Assembly (NCBI RefSeq): GCF_006345805.1
Contig: NC_043011.1
Location: 24,440,464-24,504,463 of the forward strand
DNA from: Octopus sinensis
Taxonomy: Eukaryota
Direction: 5' to 3'
DNA length: 64,000 bases
Position 1 is the first letter of the stretch. Each line of letters begins with the position of its first letter. The position numbers and the translations under genes were made by a program. This document shows positions 62,812 through 64,000 of this stretch, in pieces. The notes beneath the pieces are model-generated. The model was not told where the DNA came from. It worked only from the letters and a program-made list of their open reading frames with translations, and made no database searches.

Positions 62812-63410
62812 CTAGCAGAGCGACCCAGTGTTGCTCAATATTAAAATGGCATTGTTTGTGTTCATATATTATAGGTATGTTGAAACAGGTGATACAGAAA
62901 AGTGCAGCATTGACAACAAAACATTTGTGGAGCAAATTTTGAAGCTTTGCATAAAATGACAATTTGAGCTTCGCACACCAATTTGGACAGATTTATCATT
63001 TTTTATAAGAATGGGATAGGTCATATCTGAAAGCAGCAGCTCCAGGTGTTGTGAAGAATGAATTTGCACATTGTCTGTTTCTGAGAGCTATTCTATTGGA
63101 CCACCGTGTAATCTGGTGTGCTAAACATTGCTTTAATGATTCAGCATTAAGTGCTGCAACATATCTTTGCTGACCTTGGAAAAGTCTCATCTCCCTTCTG
63201 TCTTGGGACTCCATCAGACATGCTGTAGCATGCTTTTGCTGATGTTGTGAAAGTCTCTTCCCCTTTCTCTCTTGAGACTGTATTTAAGGTGCTGCTGCAT
63301 GCATTTGATAATCTTTGGAAAGTGTCATATCCCTTATGCCTTGAGACTCTCACCTTCAGTTTTCTGTGTTCCTCCTTGCTTTATAGGTGTTTCTGGAGAG
63401 ATTACAGTTT
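62812..63410 (-). mobile_element. Helitron deletion derivative with decayed 23-aa STPR-like repeats, a Zn-finger-like motif and a CTAG 3' end
   Basis: 69 bp repeats (ESQGIRDMTLS../QSQERKGKRLS../ESQDRREMRLF..), then AAAFRYDLSHSY and SVQIGVRSSNCHF/CKASKF..MFCC. Terminus GAGCAACACTGGGTCGCTCTGCTAG|T at 62812. Confidence 0.7.
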
Positions 63411-63417
63411 ATCTTAG

Positions 63418-63800
63418 TGGAGGTGCAATGGCCCAGTGGTTAGGGCAGCGGACTCGCGGTCGTAGGATCGCGGTTTCGATTCCCAGACCGGGCGTTGTGA
63501 GTGTTTATTGAGCGAAAACACCTAAAGCTCCACGAGGCTCCGGCAGGGATGGTGGTGATCCCTGCTGTACTCTTTCACCACAACTTTCTCTCACTCTTAC
63601 TTCCTGTTTCTGTTGTACCTGTATTTCAAAGGGCCGGCCTTGTCACTCTCTGTGTCATGCTGAATATCCCCGAGAACTACGTTAAGGGTACACGTGTCTG
63701 CGGAGTGCTCAGCCACTTACACGTTAATTTTACGACCAGGCTGTTCCGTTGATCGGGCCAACCGGAACCCTCATTGTCGTAACCGACGGAGTGTTTCCAA
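63418..63800 (+). mobile_element. Young family G tRNA-derived SINE
   Basis: Near-identical to 5531-5902 with intact A and B boxes. TTTATCTT is repeated on both flanks. Confidence 0.9.
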
Positions 63801-64000
63801 CATTTTATCTTTGGTGGTATATTTTTTCAATATTTCAAACAAAAAATTATGAACATAGAAAAAATATACATTAATCTCTTTTTGTAAGCAGTTTTATGTA
63901 GTATGTCTATATTTTTGTATGCAGTGTAAATTAACCAAATATAAGCAAATTGTAAATACCCTGCAACCTTGCAACTACTGCGATAATTATGAACTGTTAA

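Overview
AT-rich eukaryotic DNA packed with microsatellites and decayed mobile elements. The recurring tRNA-headed SINE families and the density of (TA)n/(CA)n/(CAT)n tracts suggest an octopod cephalopod (Octopus) intergenic or intronic region; this is inference from pattern recognition, with no database search. I found no intact protein-coding gene that I can identify, and nearly all ORF-track entries are microsatellite or repeat read-throughs. Main contents: (1) a 7.8 kb head-to-tail array of 25 near-identical ~317 bp monomers (32028-39837), joined through a 16 bp palindrome and a G-rich linker to a CpG-intact retroposon tail; (2) a decayed Penelope-type minimal hammerhead ribozyme at 13784-13896; (3) two decayed Helitron-like fragments with 23-aa STPR-type repeats; (4) a near full-length Buster/hAT transposon splitting a CR1-like LINE; (5) DD37D and DD34D-type mariner remnants, RTE and R4/Dong-like LINE fragments, and hAT, piggyBac and foldback MITEs; (6) tandem duplications bounded by microsatellites. 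SINE family labels A-G are my working names. Boundaries of degraded elements are approximate (about +/-20-50 bp).
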